DNA of 18,597 nucleotides, taken from NCBI GenBank assembly GCA_030587475.2, contig JAUQYZ020000026.1, forward strand, positions 1 to 18,597, given 5' to 3'. Positions 1 through 8,114 of this stretch are shown piece by piece. This DNA is from Candidatus Sigynarchaeum calidifontis (lineage in GTDB: Archaea > Asgardarchaeota > Lokiarchaeia > Sigyniarchaeales > Sigyniarchaeaceae). Under the pieces are notes generated by a model that saw only the letters and a program-made list of their open reading frames with translations, made no database searches and was not told the origin of the DNA. Each line of letters begins with the position of its first letter. Position 1 is the first letter of the stretch. The position numbers and the translations under genes were made by a program.

Positions 1-128
1 ATTTCGTTGTGATTCCTCAAGGTGGCGTTGTCGATCCGGTAATCGTTGGTCGTTTGGGTTTTCAGCACGTGCACCCAGTCGTCCTGGGCGACGATTTGAT
101 TGTTCGTGACGTTCACGTCGACCTTGTA
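1..128. repeat. Exact direct repeat, copy 1 (cut by the window edge)
   Basis: Base-by-base comparison shows 1-128 identical to 4373-4500 (offset 4372). The first mismatch is 129 g versus 4501 t. Confidence 0.97.
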
Positions 129-458
129 GATTTGGTACCCGCTGATGGCTAGACTTGAGAGGTCGAGGGTTGAAGCACGCGACTCAACGTTAAAGGAATT
201 TATAAGGCGAACGTTGAAGGGACTCGAGGTTTTTGTCAAGTTTTTCGTCAAGTCGGTGGATGCGGATGATCCTTGAAAATTCGACGTGTAGATACTCGGC
301 AGATCGCTAGCATTCACGGAACAAAGGTCGAATCCACGAAACAGACTCCCGGTTTGCCAGCTATTAATTGACGAAAATCTTATGCTCGTATTTATTATCA
401 TTACGAAGATCGAAATCGTTATCGCTGTTTGTATGAATCGCTTTGAATACATGCTCAT
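1..458 (-). CDS. 5' part of a large secreted/surface protein, tandem paralogue of the 700..4833 gene (continues beyond the left edge)
   Basis: Not in the ORF track. Hand translation from ATG 458 (alternative ATG 452) is open to the window edge: MSMYSKRFIQTAITISIFVMIINTS...SDLPSIYTSNFQG...NSFNVESRASTLDLSSLAISGYQIYKVDVNVTNNQIVAQDDWVHVLKTQTTNDYRIDNATLRNHNE. The N-terminus is signal-like (basic, then hydrophobic). It is colinear with the neighbour (SDL, NSFxxESR, LDLS, GYxxYKVDVNV). GAGG lies about 10 nt upstream. Confidence 0.9.
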   Translation of the reverse strand, partial: MSMYSKRFIQTAITISIFVMIINTSIRFSSINSWQTGSLFRGFDLCSVNASDLPSIYTSNFQGSSASTDLTKNLTKTSSPFNVRLINSFNVESRASTLDLSSLAISGYQIYKVDVNVTNNQIVAQDDWVHVLKTQTTNDYRIDNATLRNHNE

Positions 459-487
459 TTTAAATCAGCCTCGTGAAAAACACAGGT

Positions 488-500
488 TAATTATAAATAT
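488..500 (-). promoter_or_regulatory. Candidate archaeal TATA box for the 1..458 gene
   Basis: TTTATAA on the - strand (497-491) in an AT-rich stretch, about 33 nt upstream of ATG 458. Confidence 0.5.
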
Positions 501-512
501 TAGTATGGAAGG

Positions 513-526
513 GATACAGTTGTATC
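513..526. promoter_or_regulatory. Palindrome GATACA-GT-TGTATC, candidate transcription-factor site
   Basis: Perfect 6-2-6 inverted repeat about 15 bp upstream of the candidate TATA box. Confidence 0.4.
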
Positions 527-650
527 TATCCGGTTAGATCAGTTATTGGAAAGCATCATTTGATCAATACACTTCAACCCCGAATATATATGTGAGCGGG
601 GGGATGTGATAGCGTACTAGATGATGCCCGGTCTATCGAATAAATGCGTG

Positions 651-668
651 TAAAAAAAGGGGAGGAAA
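651..668 (-). terminator. Oligo-T archaeal-type terminator of the large surface-protein gene
   Basis: The - strand reads TTTCCTCCCCTTTTTTTA about 35-50 nt after the TAA stop at 700-702. Confidence 0.55.
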
Positions 669-699
669 TGTATGTGTCGCTATGCGAAAGGTTGTCGTC

Positions 700-3600
700 T
701 TAAGCACCTTTCTTCAGCTGCTCAGCTCTCTTGATGAATTCACGCATTTTCTTGTCTTCTGTCGATATGCCGAGCTTGAACAAGGCCGAGGAATAATTCG
801 CGGCTTCCTGGTACTTCTGGATTGCTGTTGGAACATCACCTGCCTTTTCTGCATTCTTGGCTTCAGCCAGGACGACGGCCTGCCGGTACTGGTAATCCTT
901 AATCGTTGCATCGATCTTGTTGTGGGTGAGTTCAGCGAGTTCCTCCTTCATGTCCCATTGCGAGGCGATGAGTTCCGCTTGCTCGTAGGCCTTGATCGCC
1001 TCCTCGTATTGGTAATTTTTCAAGCAGATCCTCGCGTTCTTGTCCAGGTTCTTGATCTGGGTCTGGGCGGCTTTCTTTGTCTGGATGCTCGCGCTTGCCA
1101 CGGACACTTTCGAGGTCACGGCGCCGGCCTTCGCGGGCTGGGGTGCACCGCCGCCATGGATCGCTTGCGACGTGGCGGATTGGAGCTGCGTCATGATCAT
1201 CATGCTGCTCAGCGACGCCTCGCGCTCGTTCGGGGACATGCGCATCAAGTCTTGCAGGAGCTTTGCCTTCTCGTCGGGGCTGAGGAAGGTGATTTGCGAG
1301 ACGCGCTGCTGGAGGTTCACGATTTCTTGCTGCGTCAATTCTTTTCTCTTCTCGAGCGACTCGATGTCGATGGGAACGAGGATCTCGTCCTCCCGCAGCT
1401 CCTGGATGGCCGCGATGATCTCCCCGTAGGAGTGCTTCGTCTTCGTGATGCTTTCTGACAGAAGGGTCGCGATGAAGAAATAATCCCGCTCCCTCGTGAG
1501 CTGGCCTGCCACGTCGAAGATCTGCCTGGCGAGCGCCGTGCGGGGCTTGATGGGCAGATCGCTGCGCTTGTGGGGCAAGATGATGGACGTGTCGAAGACA
1601 TCGTCGATGAGCTTGGCGGAATCCCGGAACGACGTGAGGTCGCCTCGCCAGTTGCGCAGCTTGTCCTGGTAGGTGTACTCGTATTTCGCCACGAACTGCG
1701 GGACGAGGGACTTGAGGATCGGCGATGCCTTGCTCGCGAGCACGAGCGCGACCCGGATGAGCTCGCCCTCGCCGAGCACGAGCTGGTAATCTTGCCACGT
1801 GAGCTCCTCGAGCGCCTTGTTCCCGCTCATCTCGGCGCCGAAGGACTGGATGGCCGTGAGAAAGCCCGTGATCAAGTCGGGATCGACCCCGGTCTTGCCA
1901 TATGACTTGAAGAACAAGCACGCGCCGGATCCCTTGTGGATGATGAGCACGTTCTGGATGTTGGCAGCATCCTCGAAGGCACTCGATATCTTGGCGAGGA
2001 AATTGTGGCGTTCCAGCTTTCGTGGTATGACGACTTTCTTCAAGACCGCCGTGTAGATTATCGCGAGGGCCGCCATTATGCTCAACACGATAGTAAACTG
2101 CACCCAATTAATGCTATAGACATAAGGCTTGAACCTAACCGTGATCGACAAGGTCGTGGAAGAATTCACGTAGTTGCCCGACGTGTCGCCCCAACTATAG
2201 AAAATCTTCTCGTCTGTCTCGACAAACACGTTGCTGGGGATAATGACCGTGTACCGGCCATCCCATGCACCATCTGCACCGTCCGAGACACTTTTGGAGA
2301 ACAAGATCGTGCCTACGTCCCTTTTATACGTGACGTTCAATAATCCGTTCCGGACCGGCTCGTTGTTCAACACCTTCCGCACGCTGACGATGAGGGTCAC
2401 GTTTTTTAACAAGATGCCCTCGTAAACAGAGGACGCGGGTATGAATTGCATTGGCTTTCCCTCTTGTGTTATGCTGACCACCGACAAGACCACGCTGACA
2501 GGATCGACAGATAGACCGACTGAAATGCGGTTATTATTGTATTTAACCTTTGTCGCGGTGATCACCATCGTGTATGGCGTGCCCACATCAAGTGAAGCCG
2601 TGGTTAAAGTGATATCAAAAAAACCAGCAACTGGGCTCGACCAGCTCGTGAAGGATTGGCCATTAATGGTGATATTGAGCAAATCCGGGCTGGTTATTGC
2701 ATCTCCAAGGTCGTTGAAAAACCGAATGCGAGCCGTCGTGTTTTTGCCGTAATGGATGGAGTAAGGGGCAGCGTTATCAACGTAACTATAATCGCTTTGC
2801 GTGAGGGAAATCAACGATAGCGACGTGATCCGGGTAAGATTCACGATCATCCAATTGTTAGAACCGATTATCTCAACGTTACCAAAATAATCAACAGAAA
2901 ACCAGGATATGTTATACAAGCCCGCTTCATCCACGCCCCTGTTCAAAAACGTGAAGGTTGTATTCCCTGGCAGGAATTTCCAGGATCTTGTACTCATCGA
3001 AACCTGGTTTCGAATCGTGATGTTTGTATAATTCACGCCCATCCCGATATCAGATGCGCCTATGGTAAACATCGTATTCATCGTGATGTTATTACCCGTT
3101 CCATTATGAACGAGCGTTGTGGTCGGTGGGAACGGATCTTGTAACTGGAATGTTTCACTCCTGAATCCGGCCTCGAAACTCGTGTTCCAACTCGCCAGAA
3201 TACGATATAAACCGATCGGGAATCCTATTGTCGTGTCCCACGCTTTGGAAAACGAGACGGATGTCACGACACCACCGAACGAGTTATTTGAGGCAACGAA
3301 ACCTCGTGAATCGTTATACGACGCGGGGAAATATGCTCCAACGCTCATGTTCCCGGTAGATTGGCCGTTGCTTAGAATGATGGAGAATGAAATGATATCA
3401 CCGATATCCGCACTTCCTACAGGCGATCCGCCGACATAATAGACAATGTCGGTAATTTGGTTGATCGACGTGGATCTAACTTGCCAATAACCGTTCCCCG
3501 TGATACCCGTTATTTGCACAATATCCCCTATCCGGGTGTAACTTGGATGGAGAGGCGCCATCGGCAATCCTCCTAAAACCGCTGCATAGTAGACGCCATT

Positions 3601-4833
3601 GACCGTCCAACTTGTGCCCACCGTGATGTTAATGTATTTTTCAAGGAAACTTCCGGCTGGGAAATCGATTCCCGTTGTTGTGGTGATATTCCAATCGACA
3701 GACGCGCCACCCGTCGTGCTATAGCGTTGGATCCCTGAAATACTTTTTCTGTAATATAATTTCACTGTAACATTCAGAGCCTGGCTCGTTATAGATGACG
3801 AGAAGTTCAAGGCTTTGATGTTCGTGCCAGAAACGCTCGCCCTGCCGTTGCTGTCGAATAGAGTCCCGTTGATGGCCAAGCCCGCGGTCGCTGGCGTCAT
3901 GGTGCGGTTCTGGTTGTTATTATCGTTCACGAGCAGCCGTTGGTAGGCCATGGTGAACCGCCTTGAGGACGGTGCAATATACCACGTTTGCGGGTTGAAA
4001 ATATCCCACGGCATATATCGCCCGCCGGCCAACGCGTTGGGAGCATACGACCAGCGGATGTAATCGTCTCCCGGAAGGCCATTCGCCCAGTCCGTTCCGT
4101 TGATCACCACGTACCACGACCGATTCGACGGCGCCGACGCGTTGATGATGTAATTGCATCCCGTGTGAACCCATATCCGGTTCCCGCCCGTCGTTTTCGG
4201 TAAATCGGCGCTCCACTTGCTCGTGCCAGGCATATCGCCGCCAGCGGACTTGTTGTTCCACAGCTGCAGTCGTGGATTGCTCGTGGATTGACCATCTGCT
4301 GTGGTTATTAACAAATAGAGGGAGATGTTTTTGACTTGATATCGCATCGTGCCGGTGATCTGTTGGCCGAGCATTTCGTTGTGATTCCTCAAGGTGGCGT
4401 TGTCGATCCGGTAATCGTTGGTCGTTTGGGTTTTCAGCACGTGCACCCAGTCGTCCTGGGCGACGATTTGATTGTTCGTGACGTTCACGTCGACCTTGTA
4501 TACGTCATACCCCGGGCGTGTATAAGTCGAAAGGTCTAGGACGTTGTACCTTGATTCGCTCTCGAAGCTGTTTTTCAAGAGAATCGAGTGTGTCAATCCC
4601 GTCATGTTAGTGAATGCGGAAACGAATATCGGGCTTCCCGTCGTCCCAGAAAACGTGGTGTTATACGTAGTAGAAAGGTCACTCGGTATCGAGCCGGTAA
4701 CACCGTACATATGGGTTGGATCACTCGGAATTGAAGGAGACAGCGCATCAAATCCTAAGACCACCGATCCTATCAAAAATATTAAAAAAACTATCTCTTT
4801 TTTGTGCATCGTGGAGCTTGTGTGCATGGTCAT
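700..4833 (-). CDS. Large single-pass membrane glycoprotein (~1377 aa): signal peptide, beta-rich/Ig-like ectodomain, TM helix, cytoplasmic longin-like domain, winged-helix-like region and C-terminal TPR/MIT-like helices
   Basis: 1400-aa ORF. ATG 4833 (or 4827/4809) precedes HKKEIVFLIFLIGSVVLG and is preferred over 4902. About 30 N-x-S/T sequons lie before the TM. Ig-like motif DPFPPTT...DIGMGV...GLYNISWFSVDYFGNVE. TM WVQFTIVLSIMAALAIIYTAVL followed by KK..RK (~2040-2106). NIQNVLIIHKGSGACLF...DPDLITGFLTAIQSFGAEM (~1590-1962) is longin-like. YQYEEAIKAYEQA and GDVPTAIQKYQEAA are TPR-like helices. Confidence 0.9.
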   Translation of the reverse strand: MTMHTSSTMHKKEIVFLIFLIGSVVLGFDALSPSIPSDPTHMYGVTGSIPSDLSTTYNTTFSGTTGSPIFVSAFTNMTGLTHSILLKNSFESESRYNVLDLSTYTRPGYDVYKVDVNVTNNQIVAQDDWVHVLKTQTTNDYRIDNATLRNHNEMLGQQITGTMRYQVKNISLYLLITTADGQSTSNPRLQLWNNKSAGGDMPGTSKWSADLPKTTGGNRIWVHTGCNYIINASAPSNRSWYVVINGTDWANGLPGDDYIRWSYAPNALAGGRYMPWDIFNPQTWYIAPSSRRFTMAYQRLLVNDNNNQNRTMTPATAGLAINGTLFDSNGRASVSGTNIKALNFSSSITSQALNVTVKLYYRKSISGIQRYSTTGGASVDWNITTTTGIDFPAGSFLEKYINITVGTSWTVNGVYYAAVLGGLPMAPLHPSYTRIGDIVQITGITGNGYWQVRSTSINQITDIVYYVGGSPVGSADIGDIISFSIILSNGQSTGNMSVGAYFPASYNDSRGFVASNNSFGGVVTSVSFSKAWDTTIGFPIGLYRILASWNTSFEAGFRSETFQLQDPFPPTTTLVHNGTGNNITMNTMFTIGASDIGMGVNYTNITIRNQVSMSTRSWKFLPGNTTFTFLNRGVDEAGLYNISWFSVDYFGNVEIIGSNNWMIVNLTRITSLSLISLTQSDYSYVDNAAPYSIHYGKNTTARIRFFNDLGDAITSPDLLNITINGQSFTSWSSPVAGFFDITLTTASLDVGTPYTMVITATKVKYNNNRISVGLSVDPVSVVLSVVSITQEGKPMQFIPASSVYEGILLKNVTLIVSVRKVLNNEPVRNGLLNVTYKRDVGTILFSKSVSDGADGAWDGRYTVIIPSNVFVETDEKIFYSWGDTSGNYVNSSTTLSITVRFKPYVYSINWVQFTIVLSIMAALAIIYTAVLKKVVIPRKLERHNFLAKISSAFEDAANIQNVLIIHKGSGACLFFKSYGKTGVDPDLITGFLTAIQSFGAEMSGNKALEELTWQDYQLVLGEGELIRVALVLASKASPILKSLVPQFVAKYEYTYQDKLRNWRGDLTSFRDSAKLIDDVFDTSIILPHKRSDLPIKPRTALARQIFDVAGQLTRERDYFFIATLLSESITKTKHSYGEIIAAIQELREDEILVPIDIESLEKRKELTQQEIVNLQQRVSQITFLSPDEKAKLLQDLMRMSPNEREASLSSMMIMTQLQSATSQAIHGGGAPQPAKAGAVTSKVSVASASIQTKKAAQTQIKNLDKNARICLKNYQYEEAIKAYEQAELIASQWDMKEELAELTHNKIDATIKDYQYRQAVVLAEAKNAEKAGDVPTAIQKYQEAANYSSALFKLGISTEDKKMREFIKRAEQLKKGA
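4373..4500. repeat. Exact direct repeat, copy 2, inside the large surface-protein gene
   Basis: Identical to 1-128 and in the same reading frame in both paralogues. Confidence 0.97.
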
Positions 4834-5023
4834 CACACGTCGATAAATTCGTGAGATAGAAAACTTTAGGTAATAACATGTCTCGAAAGATATATTAAGC
4901 ATTTTTCAAAGCTTTAATCTCGGTTTATATTACCGGTGATCAAATAGGGCGTTTTTTTTTTCCGCTCAAACCCGCAAATCGTGTCCTTTCATTAATGTTT
5001 TTCAAGCGAGCGTGTTTTATCAC

Positions 5024-5695
5024 ATGAAAGTGTCGAACACCATTTACATAATCGAGGGTCAAGGTCTCGATAGTAACATGTACCTTATCTTGAACGAGAA
5101 AAAAGAAATTACACTTGTTGACACGGGTCATGATGGATATCGGCGGTATCTCATTGAATATATAAGGGAAATCGGGCAGGAGCCGGAGAACATCAAGAAT
5201 GTAATTCTTACCCACGTGCACGTTGACCATAGTGGTGGTCTATCCTGGCTCGTGAAAAAATACAAGCCGCTGGTCAACGTGTGCGAGATCGAGGCGTATG
5301 CCATCGAGGAGGGGGATTTGGAGCTCACGCTGGCCGGCATGTTCAAGGGATTCATGGACGAGACGCACGTCGATCGGCAGTTGAAACACGGGGAGACGTT
5401 CTCCTGGGGCGAGCACGATTTCGAGATTCTCGTCACGCCCGGGCATACCAAGGGCGGGATCTGCTTGTTTGATAAAAAGAACAAGATCCTCATTTCTGGC
5501 GATACCGTGTTCGCCGATGGTTCCTTCGGGCGGGTGGATTTCCCGACCGGCGACGCGACGGCGCTGCAGAAATCGCTCGATTTCCTCGCGACCCTCGACG
5601 TGGAGATCTTGCTTCCCGGCCACATGAACGTCGTAACCGCGGGCGCCAGCCGGCACATCAAGGCGTCGGCCAAGTTCGCGCGCATGATGATATGA
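5024..5695 (+). CDS. MBL-fold metallo-hydrolase (glyoxalase II-like)
   Basis: LVDTG, THVHVDHSGG (HxHxDH), TPGHTKG, LISGDTVF, GRVDFPTG and LPGH motifs. ATG 5024 is preferred over GTG 5012. Confidence 0.93.
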   Translation: MKVSNTIYIIEGQGLDSNMYLILNEKKEITLVDTGHDGYRRYLIEYIREIGQEPENIKNVILTHVHVDHSGGLSWLVKKYKPLVNVCEIEAYAIEEGDLELTLAGMFKGFMDETHVDRQLKHGETFSWGEHDFEILVTPGHTKGGICLFDKKNKILISGDTVFADGSFGRVDFPTGDATALQKSLDFLATLDVEILLPGHMNVVTAGASRHIKASAKFARMMI

Positions 5696-5710
5696 CACTC
5701 GCCGAGCCCA

Positions 5711-6874
5711 TCATGCCTGCGTGAACTCCCGCCGGTAGATGCTGTACATGGTGTACGAGTGCGTCCGGCCTTGCGGCTTCCGGAAGACGAACCCCATCTC
5801 CTTCATCTTGCGCAAGATGTTCCCCGCTGTGCCTTGCGTGATGCCGCAGCCCTCCGCGACGCCTTGGGGGGTGACCTCGTCGCGCGTCGCCATGAACTTC
5901 AAGACTTGCAGCTCGGTCGCGTTCAGGGCGCTCGCGTTGTAGGAAAGCTGGTCCTTGATCGCCTTCATCTCGCGCTCGAGGTCTCTCTTTCCCTCGCGGA
6001 TGGCCGATTCCATGGACGGGCTCATCATGACTTCCCGCGTCTTCCCCGTGAACAGCAGAACGCGGTTTCCGTCGATCGATTCCCGGTTGTTGGCAAGCAT
6101 ATCGATGACCACGTCCTGGCACAAGCGCAGTATCGGCCTTGGATATCCGCCTGTAACGACGTTGATCACCTCTATCGCGTCGTCGGTGAACGGGCTCAAG
6201 GGCTTTTGCGGCGGCGTCGTGAAGTGTTTGATCCGTTCCATGATCAGCTCCTTGGTCGTCTTCACGTCCATCGGTTCGAGGGTGAACTTGAGCGTGACGC
6301 GGTCCTCGAGCGGGCGGAACATCTCGTTGAGTCTCTTGCCGAAATTGGTCAGGCCAGAAAGAAATATCTTGCAGCCCCGCGAATCGGCGAGCGCGCGGAT
6401 CCACTGGAGGGTCGTGCTTTTTTCTGCAATGATATCCGGTGTGTCTTTCTCTTGGACGGCGAGCTCTTGTGCCTCGTCGATCAATAATATGATATATTTC
6501 TTTCCCCCCAAAAACTCATCGAGCTCCTCCACGAGGTCCCCGATGCGCTCGATCCGCCTCTTGAAACCGAACCGGCCGAACGCGGAGAGCAAGACTTCCC
6601 GGGTGAGCGGTTCCGGGATGTAGACGGGGATGTACCGGCTCGCGTAGGCGGGATCCTTGCTCAACTTGTAGTTCATGTGCTTAAGGATTTGGGATTTGCC
6701 AGAACCATAGCCACCCTCGATGTAGACGACGCTACCGAATGCAAGCTGCTGCATGATGGGGTTGAGGATCCGCTCCTTGCCCGCGAAGATCTCGGGGATG
6801 AGATCGAGCGAGAACGGGAAGGCTTCCCACCCGTATTTTTTTTGGATTCTCTCCAGATAATCGATCTCTGCCAT
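5711..6874 (-). CDS. ExeA/AAA_22-like AAA+ ATPase with C-terminal winged-helix HTH
   Basis: N-terminal YGWEAFPFS (ExeA-like FGxxxxPF), Walker A GGYGSGKS, Walker B ILLIDEAQ, LEDRV arginine-finger region and TGGYPR sensor. C-terminal LNATELQVLKFM...PQGVAEGCGITQGTAGNILRKMKEMGFV is a wHTH. Confidence 0.85.
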   Translation of the reverse strand: MAEIDYLERIQKKYGWEAFPFSLDLIPEIFAGKERILNPIMQQLAFGSVVYIEGGYGSGKSQILKHMNYKLSKDPAYASRYIPVYIPEPLTREVLLSAFGRFGFKRRIERIGDLVEELDEFLGGKKYIILLIDEAQELAVQEKDTPDIIAEKSTTLQWIRALADSRGCKIFLSGLTNFGKRLNEMFRPLEDRVTLKFTLEPMDVKTTKELIMERIKHFTTPPQKPLSPFTDDAIEVINVVTGGYPRPILRLCQDVVIDMLANNRESIDGNRVLLFTGKTREVMMSPSMESAIREGKRDLEREMKAIKDQLSYNASALNATELQVLKFMATRDEVTPQGVAEGCGITQGTAGNILRKMKEMGFVFRKPQGRTHSYTMYSIYRREFTQA

Positions 6875-7071
6875 GGATCCTCGAAGATTCTTATAAAAAC
6901 CAAGAATTAAATAGTTTTAGGCTTTCGAGGCTATTCGATGGTGTTGAATGGAGGTTATCTCGTTCGATAATTATCGTGCGACGAGGATTGCACTCCCGAC
7001 TCCAAATCATTAAGGGCATTGCCACCCGTGATAGGAATTGTATCTTCAATAAAGCAAGACGTGAAACGCCG

Positions 7072-8088
7072 ATGAAGGCTGCCATCATCAAGAAGAAACG
7101 GGTCTTGAGCGTCGAGAACATCGAGCAGCCCAAGATCGCTGGCAACGAGGTGCTCGTGAAAATTAAAGCATCGGGCGTGTGCGGGACCGACGTGCATGTT
7201 TATGAAGACGAGGTTCCCATTGCCAAGTTACCCGTTATCCCAGGCCATGAATTCTGCGGGGAGGTCGAGGCTATCGGGAGGGACATCAAGGATATCAAGA
7301 TCGGAGACCGGATCGCTGTCGAGCCGAACTTGTTCTGTGGCCAATGCCATTTCTGCCGCACGGCCAAGAAGCATTTCTGCGAGAACTGGGCCGCGGTCGG
7401 CCTCACCCGGAGCGGCGGGTTCGCAGAGTATTGCGCGGTACCACGCCAGGCCGTCTACAAGATCGAGGACACGCTTGGTTTCAACGATGCAGCGTTCTTC
7501 GAGCCCGTCGCGTGTGTCTTGCACGGCATCGAGCGCTCGCAACTCAAGGCCGGCGATTCAACCGTGATCATGGGTGCTGGATCCATCGGGCTCATTTACG
7601 TGCAAGTGCTCAAGGCCATGGGCGTGAAAAACGTCATCTCGTGCGACATCGACGACAATAAGCTCAAGATCGCGAAAAGCTTGGGCGCGGACAAGGTTCT
7701 CAACACGAAAAAAGACGATGTCGTCAAGGTCGTGAAGGAAATGACGAGCGGCCTCGGTGTCGAAGCTGTGATAGACGCTGCAGGGGCAAAAGCGACCTTG
7801 TCATTGGCTTTTCACCTGGTCCAGAATTGCGGGACCATCGTCGTGTTTGGCGTGCCCACGGAACCGATGGAAATGAACATGTACGATATCTATCGACGGG
7901 AGATCAGCGTCGTCGGTAGCTTTACCAATCCCTACACGAACGAGCAAGCCTTGAAATTGCTCGCCGCGGGCAAGATCAAGTTCGACCAGATCATCACCCA
8001 CCCTGTTTCCATCGACGAAGTGGAATCCGTGATTATCAAGATGCGCGACAAGACCGAGTCCGTGATAAAAGCACAGATCCGGTTCTAG
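7072..8088 (+). CDS. Zinc-dependent medium-chain dehydrogenase (sorbitol/threonine/mannitol dehydrogenase-like)
   Basis: The MKAAII start is typical of MDR enzymes, so 7072 is chosen over 6976. Motifs: GVCGTDVH, GHEFCG, structural Zn CGQCHFC-x7-C, and Rossmann GAGSIG with Asp (SCDID), suggesting NAD. Confidence 0.93.
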   Translation: MKAAIIKKKRVLSVENIEQPKIAGNEVLVKIKASGVCGTDVHVYEDEVPIAKLPVIPGHEFCGEVEAIGRDIKDIKIGDRIAVEPNLFCGQCHFCRTAKKHFCENWAAVGLTRSGGFAEYCAVPRQAVYKIEDTLGFNDAAFFEPVACVLHGIERSQLKAGDSTVIMGAGSIGLIYVQVLKAMGVKNVISCDIDDNKLKIAKSLGADKVLNTKKDDVVKVVKEMTSGLGVEAVIDAAGAKATLSLAFHLVQNCGTIVVFGVPTEPMEMNMYDIYRREISVVGSFTNPYTNEQALKLLAAGKIKFDQIITHPVSIDEVESVIIKMRDKTESVIKAQIRF

Positions 8089-8114
8089 ATCACGTTTCTT
8101 GGTGGCCGGTCACT

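Noticed and set aside
230-253. 12-bp tandem near-duplication (tttttgtcaagt/ttttcgtcaagt; DLTK/NLTK)
   Set aside because: Only two copies with one mismatch. This is chance or a trivial slippage event.
682-2343. Overlapping ORFs 682..1458 (+), 932..2107 (-) and similar
   Set aside because: Antisense or off-frame shadows of a GC3-rich gene, Arg/His/Gly-rich and without motifs.
1-4500. The 128-bp repeat as a diversity-generating retroelement TR/VR pair
   Set aside because: The copies are fully identical with no adenine-specific mismatches. Both lie in frame near the 5' ends of genes, and no reverse transcriptase is in the window.
4834-4902. N-terminal extension of the 1400-aa ORF
   Set aside because: It runs through AT-rich promoter-like sequence and would bury the signal peptide. 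The paralogue alignment favours a start near 4833-4809.
5711-6874. ATPase as TnsC/TniB of a Tn7- or Mu-like transposon
   Set aside because: There is no transposase, TniQ or terminal repeats, and the flanks are ordinary metabolic genes.
6976-7071. Extra 32 N-terminal residues of the dehydrogenase
   Set aside because: The MDR fold begins at MKAAII (7072). The extension lies in the divergent intergenic region.
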